Shown here: one piece after another, positions 31,650-41,441 of the stretch
Layout of the letters: every line of letters starts with the position of its first letter
Numbering within the stretch: position 1 is the first letter of the stretch
DNA from: Alphaproteobacteria bacterium
Lineage (GTDB): Bacteria > Pseudomonadota > Alphaproteobacteria > Bin95
Direction: 5' to 3'
Assembly (NCBI GenBank): GCA_964291285.2
Contig: OZ219785.1
Location: 96,001 to 160,000, forward strand
DNA: 64,000 bases
Notes under the pieces: generated by a model
Seen by the model: only the letters and a program-made list of their open reading frames with translations
What the model was told of the DNA's origin: nothing
Databases searched by the model: none
Position numbers and translations under genes: made by a program

Positions 31650-32039
31650 TCACCCGGCCGGCGCGGGCCGCGGGGCCGTTCGCTCGATCAGCGCCTTCAA
31701 CGCCGCCATGGACTCCTCATGGCGGTGCGCGGTGTCGGCCGCCTGCCGCGCCAGCGCTTTCATCGCCTCCTCATGGCGATGCGTGGAGGCGGCCTCCTCC
31801 CGCGCCAGCGCTTTCATGGCCTCCTCATGGCGGCGCTCGTCCGCCTCGAACCGCTTGCGCGCATCCTCCTGCGCCGCGTCCCGGTCCGCCTTGCGCGCCG
31901 CCGACGAGCGGTCCATCGCGCGGATGCCGATCCAGATCACCGCGATCTGCCCGGTGCCGATAAACAGGCCGACCGCAACCAGAGACATGGTCGCCAGCGC
32001 CGTCGCCGCGTTCGGATGTGCGATAACCCAGTCCAGCAT
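31650..32039 (-). CDS. Small membrane-anchored protein with three RHEE(A/S)M(K/A)AL repeats
   Basis: N-terminal TM segment, then 18-aa periodic repeats. Confidence 0.65.
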   Translation of the reverse strand: MLDWVIAHPNAATALATMSLVAVGLFIGTGQIAVIWIGIRAMDRSSAARKADRDAAQEDARKRFEADERRHEEAMKALAREEAASTHRHEEAMKALARQAADTAHRHEESMAALKALIERTAPRPAPAG

Positions 32040-32366
32040 GGGTTCATGGTGCCGCGCGCCCCTCGCCCGGTCAAGCCGCATTTCCGAAGGGCGGAGGGGC
32101 CGTCGGGAGGTGTCATGGACGGTTGAGCGGCTCCCTGCACCGCGGCCCTCTCCGCCCGCCCCGCCGGGCGCGGGGACCGGTATGGATGCCCGGCAGGAGA
32201 ACCCTCGGGCTCCCATGTATCTGCCGCCAGAAAACGGCTCCCTGCGTACGGGACAAGGACATTGCCGCGATCTCAGTTCGCCCACTCGACAGATTGAGCT
32301 TCCGAATATGACCCGAGCATGTGAGTCAAACCATTCCGTTCCAACTACAGCAAGACCGTGCTTGCT

Positions 32367-33587
32367 TCACTTGGCAATGGGTACGGTCTCCAGATGCTTT
32401 TCGACGGCACCGACTGCCATGCCGGAGAGCGGCAGATGGGCCTTTTCGGCGTTCCAGTGCTGATGGAAGAGCGCGACGGTCTCGCGGGCGGTTTCCAGCA
32501 CAAGGTTGCCGGGCAGGCGCGCCTTCGCGGCGAGATGGGAAAGTTCGTCCTCGGAAAACCGGTCGAAGCGCTTTGTCCGGCTGAAATTGAGCGCCGCCCT
32601 GCCGTCCGCGATATATGGAATTGTGGAAACGAAATCATAGGCGGGCGCCAGCGCCGCATGACGCTTGTCAGGATAGATCAGGGACCAGTTCTTGAGGTGC
32701 ATGTCGGCATTGCCGATCAGGACGCTGTAGGTGAGCCGCCGGATGAATTCGGCAATGTCCGCATCGCTTCCTTCGGTCCCGATGACATAGGCGATGTTTC
32801 CGGCGCTGGCCCTTTCGTACTTGTTCTCCGGATAGACGCCGAACATCTGGGCGAAGTCCTCGATATGAACGGGGGTTCCGTCTGCAAGCCGGTCGAAGCG
32901 TTCGATGGCAAGAGCCTGTCCGTTCAGGGCGCCGATCCCTTCGGGCAGGTTCCCGACGGCGTCCGGATCGATGAGCCGGAGCGCCGGCACATCCATGCCG
33001 ATCATCCGGGCGAGCGTCATCATTGCGAATTCGTTTTCGGGCACATTCTCGAATTCGCGTGAAGGCAGCTTGACGATCCACGAGCCGCCCACGCCGCGGG
33101 CCGGGATCGTCAGCCCGCCCCTCGCCGCCTCGACCGCGGAAAATTTCAACTGGACGCCGGCCAGCGAGAACCGCAGCGCATTCCCGGGTCCATGCCGGCC
33201 CGGCCCGTCGCGGTCGTCGACATCGAGGGGCCGGACGTCGCCGTTCGCCGGCATGACGGTGACGGCTCCGGGCAGGTCGCTGCCCAGCGCCCGCAGCAGG
33301 AAGAATTCGCGCCTCTCGTTCACGCCGGCGCGTTCGGCCAGATAGCTGCGCATGCGTCCCTCGGGCAGCAGGTTCGAAAAGAACGGCAACAGCCTTGTCC
33401 GGGTCGGCCTGAATGAAGTGATGAGTTCCCCGAACCGGTCCTTGAAGGAGAGCCCGAGGACCGGCCTGCGTTCGTCCGCCGCATAGTCCTCGGCGAACGC
33501 GAACAGCGTGCGGTCCCCCGGCACATGCGTCAGCGTGCCGACGGGCGCGCCATGCAGCAGGACATCGAGGACGCGGACCTCAGCCAT
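32367..33587 (-). CDS. hipA: HipA-family kinase toxin
   Basis: PFFSNLLPEG, FSLAGVQLKFS, WIVKLP, ERFDR, IGNADMHLKNWS, LAPAYD. Confidence 0.93.
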   Translation of the reverse strand: MAEVRVLDVLLHGAPVGTLTHVPGDRTLFAFAEDYAADERRPVLGLSFKDRFGELITSFRPTRTRLLPFFSNLLPEGRMRSYLAERAGVNERREFFLLRALGSDLPGAVTVMPANGDVRPLDVDDRDGPGRHGPGNALRFSLAGVQLKFSAVEAARGGLTIPARGVGGSWIVKLPSREFENVPENEFAMMTLARMIGMDVPALRLIDPDAVGNLPEGIGALNGQALAIERFDRLADGTPVHIEDFAQMFGVYPENKYERASAGNIAYVIGTEGSDADIAEFIRRLTYSVLIGNADMHLKNWSLIYPDKRHAALAPAYDFVSTIPYIADGRAALNFSRTKRFDRFSEDELSHLAAKARLPGNLVLETARETVALFHQHWNAEKAHLPLSGMAVGAVEKHLETVPIAK

Positions 33588-33876
33588 CGTCGTCGTCATC
33601 CAGGCTGTAGGCGGGCCGCACCGTTTCGGCGTCATCGCTGCCGGCTATTGCATGCACGGCCGGGAGGGCTTTGCGGGCCACGAGTTCAAGTTCCAGGTCC
33701 AGGACGCGGGCCAGCTCGACCAGGCTCGAAACCCGGAGATCGACAGCGCCCTTCTCGATCTTCGAGATGTGGCTCTGCGGCATCCCGGCCCTGGCGCCAA
33801 GCGCGCGCTGGCTCAACCCCCGGGCTTCGCGGGCGCGTCTCAGCGTGCGGGCGATATGCTCGGTCGCATAGGTCAT
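33580..33876 (-). CDS. hipB: HipB-like HTH antitoxin
   Basis: GLSQRALG...QSHISKIEKG; overlaps the hipA start. Confidence 0.88.
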   Translation of the reverse strand: MTYATEHIARTLRRAREARGLSQRALGARAGMPQSHISKIEKGAVDLRVSSLVELARVLDLELELVARKALPAVHAIAGSDDAETVRPAYSLDDDDDG

Positions 33877-33904
33877 TCGATCTGCTTTTCTATATCCAAT
33901 AGCG

Positions 33905-33932
33905 GGTTCGATATGGTTTTATATATCGAACC
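33905..33932. promoter_or_regulatory. Palindromic operator upstream of hipBA
   Basis: GGTTCGATAT-N8-ATATCGAACC in an AT-rich promoter region. Confidence 0.6.
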
Positions 33933-34960
33933 GAAAGGGTATCGTCAAGAAACGATATTCCAAAATATATCATCTTCCCTTAATGATCCGGCTTAACAGA
34001 TCAACGGCAAATTCGGCAGGATCGCCGTCCCCTTCGACAGGCCCAAGACAGGCATTTTCGTCATCCCGGACTCGATCCGGGGGCCATCCCTGACAGTCTG
34101 CGCTTGCCGTCGCCGGTGGAGAGTAGGTCAACCGCCGAGGCAGCCGTGTGGAGCGCGGTAGTTGGTTGTATCGACCAAGATAACAGGTTTACCCGTCGGT
34201 CCGGTTCTTCACATCCCGGATGAACTCGCCCAGACTCCAGAGCCAGGCCTGCTGCCCGGCCGTGTAGCTTTCCTGGATCGACCGGGGGACCACCAATTGC
34301 AGGTTCGACGCATCCATCTGCACCGTCTGCGCCTCGGATATACCCGGCTCAAGCGTCAGAAGGTGTTTTCTCGGTATCTTGGCCGCTTCGGCCAGAACCT
34401 GCCGCCAACGGTCCTTGCATGTCGATTTGGCTCCGAGCATGGTGAGGTGCGGAGAGCCTGTGACGGGCGCGGCCCTGTAGGCTTCGACGCTGGGGAAAAG
34501 AAAGTCCGGCCGCTGGTTGTTTTCCGTCACCATGCCCCGGACATAAGCAATGTCCAACGCCCGGAATACCGCCTCCAGATGGTGCTCCAGCGAGTAGCCC
34601 ATTCGTGACTTCCGTCTGTTCTGGACGCTGAGGGAAAACCGGATGAAACCGTCCACGTCGGTTCCGTCTTCGCCGGTGAATCCTTTCTCCAGACGGGCCG
34701 AGACGACCCGCCTCTCAAGCCGGCGGAACAGTGCCTCCTCGTGGGTCAGCCAAGCAATCAGGGCCGCATCGGGATCGTCCTCCGCACGCACTTGGGGAAG
34801 GGTAAGACGGGCAATGTCCGAGAATTCGGCCGTGCGCGGAAAATCCGTCCCGAACCTCTCGATGATCCCGTCGAGCCTGTCAGCGTCCGGTTCCTCGAAC
34901 TGTTAGCGACGGTTACAGAGCGCGCCTATTCGCTGACATTTTTCGGCCGGTTGCGGTTTT

Positions 34961-35833
34961 TCAGTTGATCTGTTGGTCATCGGTTTCGATTGGTTCGCCG
35001 GCTCGGTCGCGGATGAGCATGTCGTTCCAGTCCCGGTTGTCGAGTGCGGGTCGCAGCCGGACGATTCTGGTGTCGTTGCGGGCGAGGCGCCTTGCGGCGT
35101 GATCGCCGTTTGTGGTGGCGTCGTATGCACAGAAGATGAGGCGCGGGTTCCATGCCTCGATCCATTTGGGGACTTTGGTGGCGACGGCGCCGGTGGAGAC
35201 GGTGGCGCATTCGGTGCGTTTTACCGGGCCGAGGTGGAGGGAGAGGATGGAGAGTGCGTCGAGGGCGTTGCCGGCCAGGATGACGGCGTGTGGCCATTCG
35301 GTCTCCCAGGACATCCAGAAGCCGCCGCCCGCGGTCGTTTTGCGGTCAGCGGTGACGGTTTCGATGCCGGTAGCCTCGCCGGCGGCGTTTCGGCGGACGA
35401 ACACGGGGTTGCCGTGAGGGTCGGCATGGACCAGGCCGAGGTCGCGGCACAGGGTGACGAGCGCGTCCGCGAGGCCGCGCCGCTCGACGAGGTATCGCCG
35501 GAGGTTGGGCCAGCGGGGGTCCTTGGCCGGCGCCTGCCGGCGGCCGCCTGGGGGCATTGAGAGGTCGGACAGTTCGGCGAGGAAGTCGATGGCGTCCGGC
35601 GGGGTGCATCCGAGCGCATGGACCGCCAGTTCGATAGCCCCGGCTCCCTCCTCTGCGCGCAGATGGTCGTAGAACATGAAGCGGTTGATGGAGAGGACCG
35701 ATCCTGGCCGTCTCCAGCGCACGGCATTGTCGGGATCGCTGCGGTAGCCGAGGGCTCGGGCGACGGGTTCGAGGGGATAGCCCCGCAGGCTCTCGGCCCG
35801 CACCCGCCGCTCGCGGGGGCGGGAGGGATGCAT
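34961..35833 (-). CDS. DUF3991/Toprim-like primase-related passenger protein
   Basis: GAGAIELAVH, LRRYLVERRGL, NALDALS, CAYDA..GD.AARRL, DWNDML. Confidence 0.7.
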   Translation of the reverse strand: MHPSRPRERRVRAESLRGYPLEPVARALGYRSDPDNAVRWRRPGSVLSINRFMFYDHLRAEEGAGAIELAVHALGCTPPDAIDFLAELSDLSMPPGGRRQAPAKDPRWPNLRRYLVERRGLADALVTLCRDLGLVHADPHGNPVFVRRNAAGEATGIETVTADRKTTAGGGFWMSWETEWPHAVILAGNALDALSILSLHLGPVKRTECATVSTGAVATKVPKWIEAWNPRLIFCAYDATTNGDHAARRLARNDTRIVRLRPALDNRDWNDMLIRDRAGEPIETDDQQIN

Positions 35834-35835
35834 GG

Positions 35836-36630
35836 CTATGGCGACGGGACCGGGTTCGCCTTTCCAGTGCTTTGCCCGGCTTTCGGTCCGCGCCGGCGGC
35901 GGCGTTCGGCGCTGCGCTGCTTCTGACGTTCCTCGGCTTCCTTGCGGCGCCAGGAGTCGCCGTCGATGGCGACGATCTCGGCGTTGTGGACGAGCCGGTC
36001 GACGAGGGCGACCAGGCAGGCGGCGTTTGGGAAGGCCTCGCTCCACTCGGCGAAGGGGCGGTTCGTGGTGATTATGGTTGAGTTCTGCTGGCTGCGGCTT
36101 GAGACGATGTTGAACAGCAGGTCGGCGTGGCGGTTGGAGTAGGAGAGATATCCGACTTCGTCGATGACCAGCAGGTGCTGTCGGGCGTAGAAGCGCAGCC
36201 TGCGCTGGAGCAGGGTGTCGGAGTCGATGGCGGCGAGTTCGCCGAGCAGGCTGGCGGCGGTTGCGAAGCGCACGATGTGGCCTTCGAGGACGGCGCGGTG
36301 GGCGATATTGGCGGCGATGGTGGACTTTCCGACGCCGTTGGGTCCGACCAGTACGAGGTTTGCGGCCTCCTTGAGGAAGTCGAGGGTCATGAGGTCCTCG
36401 ACGGCCATGCGGTCGCAGCGCCTTGGCCAGTCCCAGTCGAAGTCTGCGAGCGGCTTGAACTGTCCGAGGCGGGCGTCGGCGAGGCGGCGTTTGAGGCTTC
36501 GGGCGCGCTTCTCATCTTCTTCCCACGCGATCAGGGAGGCGAGCCAGTCGCGCTCCGCGACTTCGCCCCAATGGGCGAGGAGGCCGTGCAGGCCCAGCGC
36601 GCGGGCGCGGTTCATGAGGGTGTCGGTCAT
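35836..36630 (-). CDS. istB: IS21 helper ATPase IstB
   Basis: GPNGVGKS, VIDEVGY, ITTNRPFAEW, DRLVH. Confidence 0.95.
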   Translation of the reverse strand: MTDTLMNRARALGLHGLLAHWGEVAERDWLASLIAWEEDEKRARSLKRRLADARLGQFKPLADFDWDWPRRCDRMAVEDLMTLDFLKEAANLVLVGPNGVGKSTIAANIAHRAVLEGHIVRFATAASLLGELAAIDSDTLLQRRLRFYARQHLLVIDEVGYLSYSNRHADLLFNIVSSRSQQNSTIITTNRPFAEWSEAFPNAACLVALVDRLVHNAEIVAIDGDSWRRKEAEERQKQRSAERRRRRGPKAGQSTGKANPVPSP

Positions 36631-38132
36631 TCTTCGCTGTCCTTTTCATGGTAGCCGGCCAGCCCGTCGTATCCGCCGAGATCGTGATCGCGCACGGCGA
36701 TGTCGCGCACGCGCGGGTCCCTGGGCAGGTCGATGGGGATCGGCGGCGGCCTGTCCTGCAGTTCGCGCCGCCGTGTGAGGCTGAGGCGCACGGCATTGGG
36801 ATGGGGGACGCCGCGTTCGAGGGCCTCGTCGATGGCGGCTTCGAGCTCGGCGGCGCCGTATTGGTCGAGCAGGCGCAGCAGGGCGGCGACGGTGGCGCCG
36901 ATATAAGCGCCGCGGGGGGCGGCCTCGGCGATCAGGCGCTCGCTGTTGGGCGCGGCCTGGAGCAGCCGGCTCTGCCCGCGCAGGCTGCGGGCGTGACGCT
37001 TGCGCCTGACCAGCTCCTCAATGTGTTCGGGGTTCTCGATGCGGGCCGCCTTGTCGAAGCTGCGCGGATGGCGGGCGATGACCTCCATGCCGTCGAGGAT
37101 GCGCACCTCTTCCAGCGTCGCGGCCACGGTGAGGGTGCGCCGGACATGGGTATGCGGGACGCTGTAGTCATTGAGGTCGAACCTGGCATAGGGGGTCTTG
37201 GCGATCCTGACCTCGACCCTCTCGTCGACGGGGGGACGGTCGTCGGGCAGCGCCATCAGGGAGCCGCGCTCGCGCTCGAAGGCCTCGCTCACGGTGAGGG
37301 AGCGGTCGTCCGGCCAGGGGCGGTCGGCGGCGACGCCCTCGCACCACTCCCGGGCCTGGGCGTTGAGATCGTCGAGGTCACGCCAGGCGCGGGCGGCGAA
37401 GAAGCTGTCGCGCACATAGCGTATGGCCCGCTCGACGCGGCCCTTCTCGTTGCCTCGGGCGACCGCGACCGGCTTCGGCAGGAAGCGGTAGGCGCCTGCG
37501 AAGTCGAGAAGCCGGGGATTGAAGCGGATGGCGTCGCCGCGCCGCTCCAGCACGACGCTCTTCAGATTGTCGTACCAGAGCTCGCGGGGCACGCCCTGCC
37601 AAGCCTCGAAGGCCTCGACATGGCCGCGCAGGAAGTTGTCCATCCCGGCGTTGAGGTAGAAGCGCAGGAAGAGGCGGCGCGAGTGGCCGAGCACCATCAC
37701 GAAGGCCATCAGCGGGCGCTCCGCACGCCCGATCCTCACCTTGCCGAAGTGGGCCCAGTCGACCTGGGCCTGCTCGCCGGGCAGGGCCTTGAGGCGCAGA
37801 TAGGCCTCGGCCACCGGCCGCGGACGCCCGGGCGCGATCATGCGCCGGAAGTGGCTCTCGCACCCCCGGTAACCGCGCTCGACCGCCATCCGGTAGAGCC
37901 GGCTGGAGGGCAACTTCGGCCAGACCGCCAGGGTCTGGCGGACGAAGGGCAGGAACGGATCGATCATCGAAGATCTGCGCCGCTTCTCAGGCGTGGGCGC
38001 CCCGGCGGCCGCCACCGCGCGCTCGACCGTGCCGTGGTGGACGCCGAGCTGGCGCGCGATCGTGCCGATCCGCCACTTCTCGGCAAAATACAGCCGCAGG
38101 ATCTCGGCCCGGGTCTGCTGGTCGATCGCCAT
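36627..38132 (-). CDS. istA: IS21 transposase IstA
   Basis: PGEQAQVDW, WYDNLKS, EKGRVERAIRYVR. Confidence 0.95.
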   Translation of the reverse strand: MAIDQQTRAEILRLYFAEKWRIGTIARQLGVHHGTVERAVAAAGAPTPEKRRRSSMIDPFLPFVRQTLAVWPKLPSSRLYRMAVERGYRGCESHFRRMIAPGRPRPVAEAYLRLKALPGEQAQVDWAHFGKVRIGRAERPLMAFVMVLGHSRRLFLRFYLNAGMDNFLRGHVEAFEAWQGVPRELWYDNLKSVVLERRGDAIRFNPRLLDFAGAYRFLPKPVAVARGNEKGRVERAIRYVRDSFFAARAWRDLDDLNAQAREWCEGVAADRPWPDDRSLTVSEAFERERGSLMALPDDRPPVDERVEVRIAKTPYARFDLNDYSVPHTHVRRTLTVAATLEEVRILDGMEVIARHPRSFDKAARIENPEHIEELVRRKRHARSLRGQSRLLQAAPNSERLIAEAAPRGAYIGATVAALLRLLDQYGAAELEAAIDEALERGVPHPNAVRLSLTRRRELQDRPPPIPIDLPRDPRVRDIAVRDHDLGGYDGLAGYHEKDSEE

Positions 38133-38133
38133 C

Positions 38134-38568
38134 TCACTCCCTTCGCGCCGGGCGCAGGCCCGGATAGACCGCCCGGGCGCAGAACCGCCCGCAGTGATCG
38201 CAGCGGAACACTCCGGCGGGACGGTCGGGTCCGAAGGGCCTCCTTCCCGAGCGCCCCGCCGGCATGCCCGCCACAACAGGACGGCGCGGTGAACGGGTCA
38301 AAGGGTGATGCGTCACTTTCTGCGCACGGCGCCCCTCCTCAGGCGCACGGACGCGACGGCGCTCGCGGTAGCGCCGCTGGCGTTCGGCATGCTTGTGACG
38401 GCCCCGCCGGCTGTTCTGGTAGCGACGCCCGGCAAGGCGCAGCGAGCGCCGCCGCGCCCGGCCGCTGCACGGACGCGAGCAGTAGATGTTGCCGTGGTCG
38501 CACCGCCGGCACAGCACAACCTGGCGATGGCACGAAGCGCAGGTGAACAGGCGGGCGGCGTTCCTCAT
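38134..38568 (-). CDS. Cys-rich, basic protein upstream of istA
   Basis: CASC..CRRCDHGNIYCSRPC followed by an Arg-rich helix; stop adjacent to the istA start. Confidence 0.7.
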   Translation of the reverse strand: MRNAARLFTCASCHRQVVLCRRCDHGNIYCSRPCSGRARRRSLRLAGRRYQNSRRGRHKHAERQRRYRERRRVRAPEEGRRAQKVTHHPLTRSPRRPVVAGMPAGRSGRRPFGPDRPAGVFRCDHCGRFCARAVYPGLRPARRE

Positions 38569-39442
38569 CGCAAAGACCGATGAGAACGGGGTGGACCCAC
38601 GCCCGAACGCCTACGATACTGCGCATACGGGCCGTGCCTTGCATGGCTCGGGGGGTGCGGCGCCGGTCGTTGCCACCTAGCAAACGGGGCCGGCGCCGCA
38701 TCGTTCTCAGCAGCCCCAGTCTACCCCCTCGCGCAGCCCGGCGACCCCCGCCGACAGCGCCAGGACACCCTCCCCTCGGCAGGCGAAAATATCAACGCGA
38801 CGGGGGCCGGCGACTCCAGTCGGGCTACGCCCTCCTTCCGTCCCAGGCCCCCGTCACAAACACCGCCGCACCACAATCACTGCGATCATCACGCCCCGCA
38901 AAAACGCGCAACGCCAGCAAATAAGCGCCTTTTACGACCGTCACCTACACTCGAACTCGATGCCAAGCTCGTCCAGTATGTAACGCGCCGCGAAATCCAG
39001 CTCGGGTCCGTCGTCGGGAAACTCCCTCGATATGAACCTGTCGCCAGCGGGCTGTACACCGAACAGCCATGACAATTGCTGCTCGCTGGTGGAGCCGCCG
39101 GGCGCGACGATGAAATAGAGAATATCCTCGCCAGTCATGGCTAGGAACAGCGCATCCCCCTCCCGCATAGCCTCTGTGACCGGATTGGACGGATAATACA
39201 GCCGCCATTCTTTTCTCGGCGCCTTCCGCTCGCGCGCGTCATAGTGGGTCGCGGTTCCCTCGATAGTAATGCCGTCTTGCTCCCCACCGAGCCAGATATA
39301 GACCGTCCGGTAGCGCCGGTGTTGCTCCTCGCCAAGGAACCGCATTCGCATGACCTAGGTCGTGCCGATCTCGTGCTGATTCGACCTTTCGGGGTTGGCG
39401 TCGACAGCCGACAGGCGCTTGACGCCCGCTCCCTTGAAACAG

Positions 39443-39916
39443 TCACGCAGTTGTCCGCGTCTCATCGCCTGCGATCTCCAGTTCTGTGCTCTCGGATTCA
39501 AGCCAAGCCGCGCAGCGATCAGCGATCATGCCGACCGGTAATCGCGTTCGGCCTTTCAGTGCACATTCGCGAATTATCGCCACGCGCCAAGCCGCCTCGC
39601 GCAGGGCCAGGACCTGCTTGCGGTCGCGCGCGACATTCGAGGCGATTTTATCCCGCCAGAACTCCTCCCGGGTCTTCGGCCACTTGAAAAGGTGGCAGTT
39701 ATGTCCATGCCAGAAGCACCCGTGAACAAAAATTACCGCCCTGTACTTCGGCAAAACAAGATCGGGCTTGCCGGGTAGATCCTTGCGATGCAGGCGAAAC
39801 CGGAAACCTCGGTGATGCAGGGCGGACCGTATAGCCAATTCCGGTTTTGTGTTTCGGCTCCGGATGCCGGCCATCATCCGGCTGCGGACCTTGGGCGAGA
39901 CGATATCGGCGGACAC
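39443..39916 (-). CDS. vsr: Very short patch repair endonuclease
   Basis: RSRMMAGIRSRNTKPE, LPGKPD, FVHGCFWHGH. Confidence 0.95.
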   Translation of the reverse strand: MSADIVSPKVRSRMMAGIRSRNTKPELAIRSALHHRGFRFRLHRKDLPGKPDLVLPKYRAVIFVHGCFWHGHNCHLFKWPKTREEFWRDKIASNVARDRKQVLALREAAWRVAIIRECALKGRTRLPVGMIADRCAAWLESESTELEIAGDETRTTA

Positions 39917-39919
39917 GAG

Positions 39920-40587
39920 TCAGCTGGCGAGAGCAGGCTCGGCGAACAGGAATTCCTCCTGCCGCGCAGAGGGCAGGACCCGTCCCTCCCTCGCGAGCAG
40001 TTCCGCGATATGCGGCTTCATGAGTCGCGCTACGGCGCGGACGACGGGGACGACCACAGCGTTACCGAATTGGCGGTAGGCTTGGGTATCGGATACCGGA
40101 ATCCGGAATGTCGTCTCGCCGGGTTTCTCGAAGCCCATAAGGCGCGCGCATTCGCGTGGAGTCAGGCGCCGGGGACGCCGTCCCTCCTGGCGGATGAGAA
40201 TTTCCGAGCCGTCCTTGTAGTAACGGGCAGAGAGCGTGCGGGTGACGTCTTCCGGGCCGAACAGGGAATAGCCGAATCCGTTTCCTGCCCTTCTGTGCCG
40301 TTCCTTGTAGTCCCTCAGATATTTCCAGAGATGCGTGGTGAGCGTGTATTTGTCTGGAACATCCGTGTCGAGCACGGTCCCGAGGACAGGTCCGGGTCCT
40401 GCCGGGACCGCCAGCCGGTCGAAATCGAAATCCGTTTCCTGCCGCAAGCCCACGATGAATATCCGCTCACGCTTCTGCGGAACCCAGGGAGAGGAATCGA
40501 TGACCCGTGTGCTGACGCTGTAGCCGAGGTCTTCCCTGAGAACGTGCATGATCGTCGCGAACGTCCGGCCGCCGTCATGGCGCTCTA
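39920..40587 (-). pseudogene. dcm: C-terminal half of a Dcm-like C5 cytosine methyltransferase, cut by IS5
   Basis: LERHDGGRTF, PQKRERIFIVG, TLSARYYKDGSEIL, RRLTPRECARLMG, AYRQFGNAVVV; N-terminal motifs not in window. Confidence 0.9.
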
Positions 40588-41439
40588 GGCAGAATCGACA
40601 TTCATCGCATCCAGAGGATAGCAGAAGCGATGTGTATGAAGGCGAGGAAGTATATTGCTTTTCGGTCGTATCGGGTTGCGATGCGGCGGAAGTGTTTGAT
40701 CTTGTTGAAGTAGCGCTCGATGCGGTTTCGGTGTTTGTAGATTTCGGCGTCATAGCCGATGAGACGCTTTCGCGTTGGATTGCAGGGGATGACGGCCTCG
40801 GCCTCGATGTCGGCGATGCGGTTGCGGATGGCATTGGCGTCGTAAGCAGCGTCGGCGAGCACATGGCGGGGCCGAAACCCCTCCATCAACGCCAGGGCCT
40901 TTGGCGCGTCGCCGGCCTGTCCGGGCGAGAGGATCACGCGGAGCGGTCGTCCGAGAGTGTCGCAGGCGATGTGTATTTTGGTCGTCAGTCCGCCTCTGGA
41001 ACGCCCCAGAGCCTGATCCCGGCCCCCCCTTTTCCGGTCGCCGCCTGTTGATGCGCGCGCACGATGGTGCTGTCGAGCATGAGATAGCCATTGTCGCGAT
41101 CCGCCGTCAGGGTATCGAACACCCTCTCCCACACGCCCACTTTGGCCCAGCGTGTGAAACGCTTGTGCACCGACTTCCACTTCCCATAGCGCGGCGGCAG
41201 GTCGTGCCAGTGGGCGCCCGAACGAAGCACCCACAGAACCGCGTTGACGAACAACCGGTTGTCTGCTCCCGAACGCCCCGGATCGCCCGGCTTGCCCAGA
41301 AGCAGACCTTCGATGCGGACCCACTGCGCATCCGTCAGCTCATAGCGCTTCACCATACGCCCAACTCCAACCGAAAATCAGTTGGAGCGTCATGAATCAC
41401 ATAATGTCTTCCCAGGGAATCCTGTATGTCGATTGAACC
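40588..41439 (-). mobile_element. IS5-family (IS427-type) element; two ORFs (40985-41356 and 40602-~41030) joined by frameshift
   Basis: TIR GG...AATCGACAT at both ends; TA duplication; YELTDAQW, GRSRGGLTTKIH, RNRIERYFNKIK; AAAAGGGGGG slippery site. Confidence 0.92.
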
Positions 41440-41441
41440 TA

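Larger units (their letters stand above)
34901..38949 (-). mobile_element. Four-gene IS21-family element
   Basis: TGT...ACA ends with ~40-bp imperfect IRs; 7-bp TSD CTCGAAC at 34894-34900 and 38950-38956. Confidence 0.93.
34189..39465 (-). pseudogene. EcoRII-like restriction endonuclease; nonsense codon at 39355-39357 and IS21 insertion
   Basis: N-part KRLSAVDANPERSNQHEIG...YDARE...EWRLYYPSN; C-part NRRKSRMG, PDFLFP, KSTCKDRWRQV; halves join at the CTCGAAC duplication. Confidence 0.9.

Noticed and set aside
39920-40864. 314-aa ORF as an intact methyltransferase
   Set aside because: Its N-terminal part is IS5 sequence read in frame; motifs I and IV are missing
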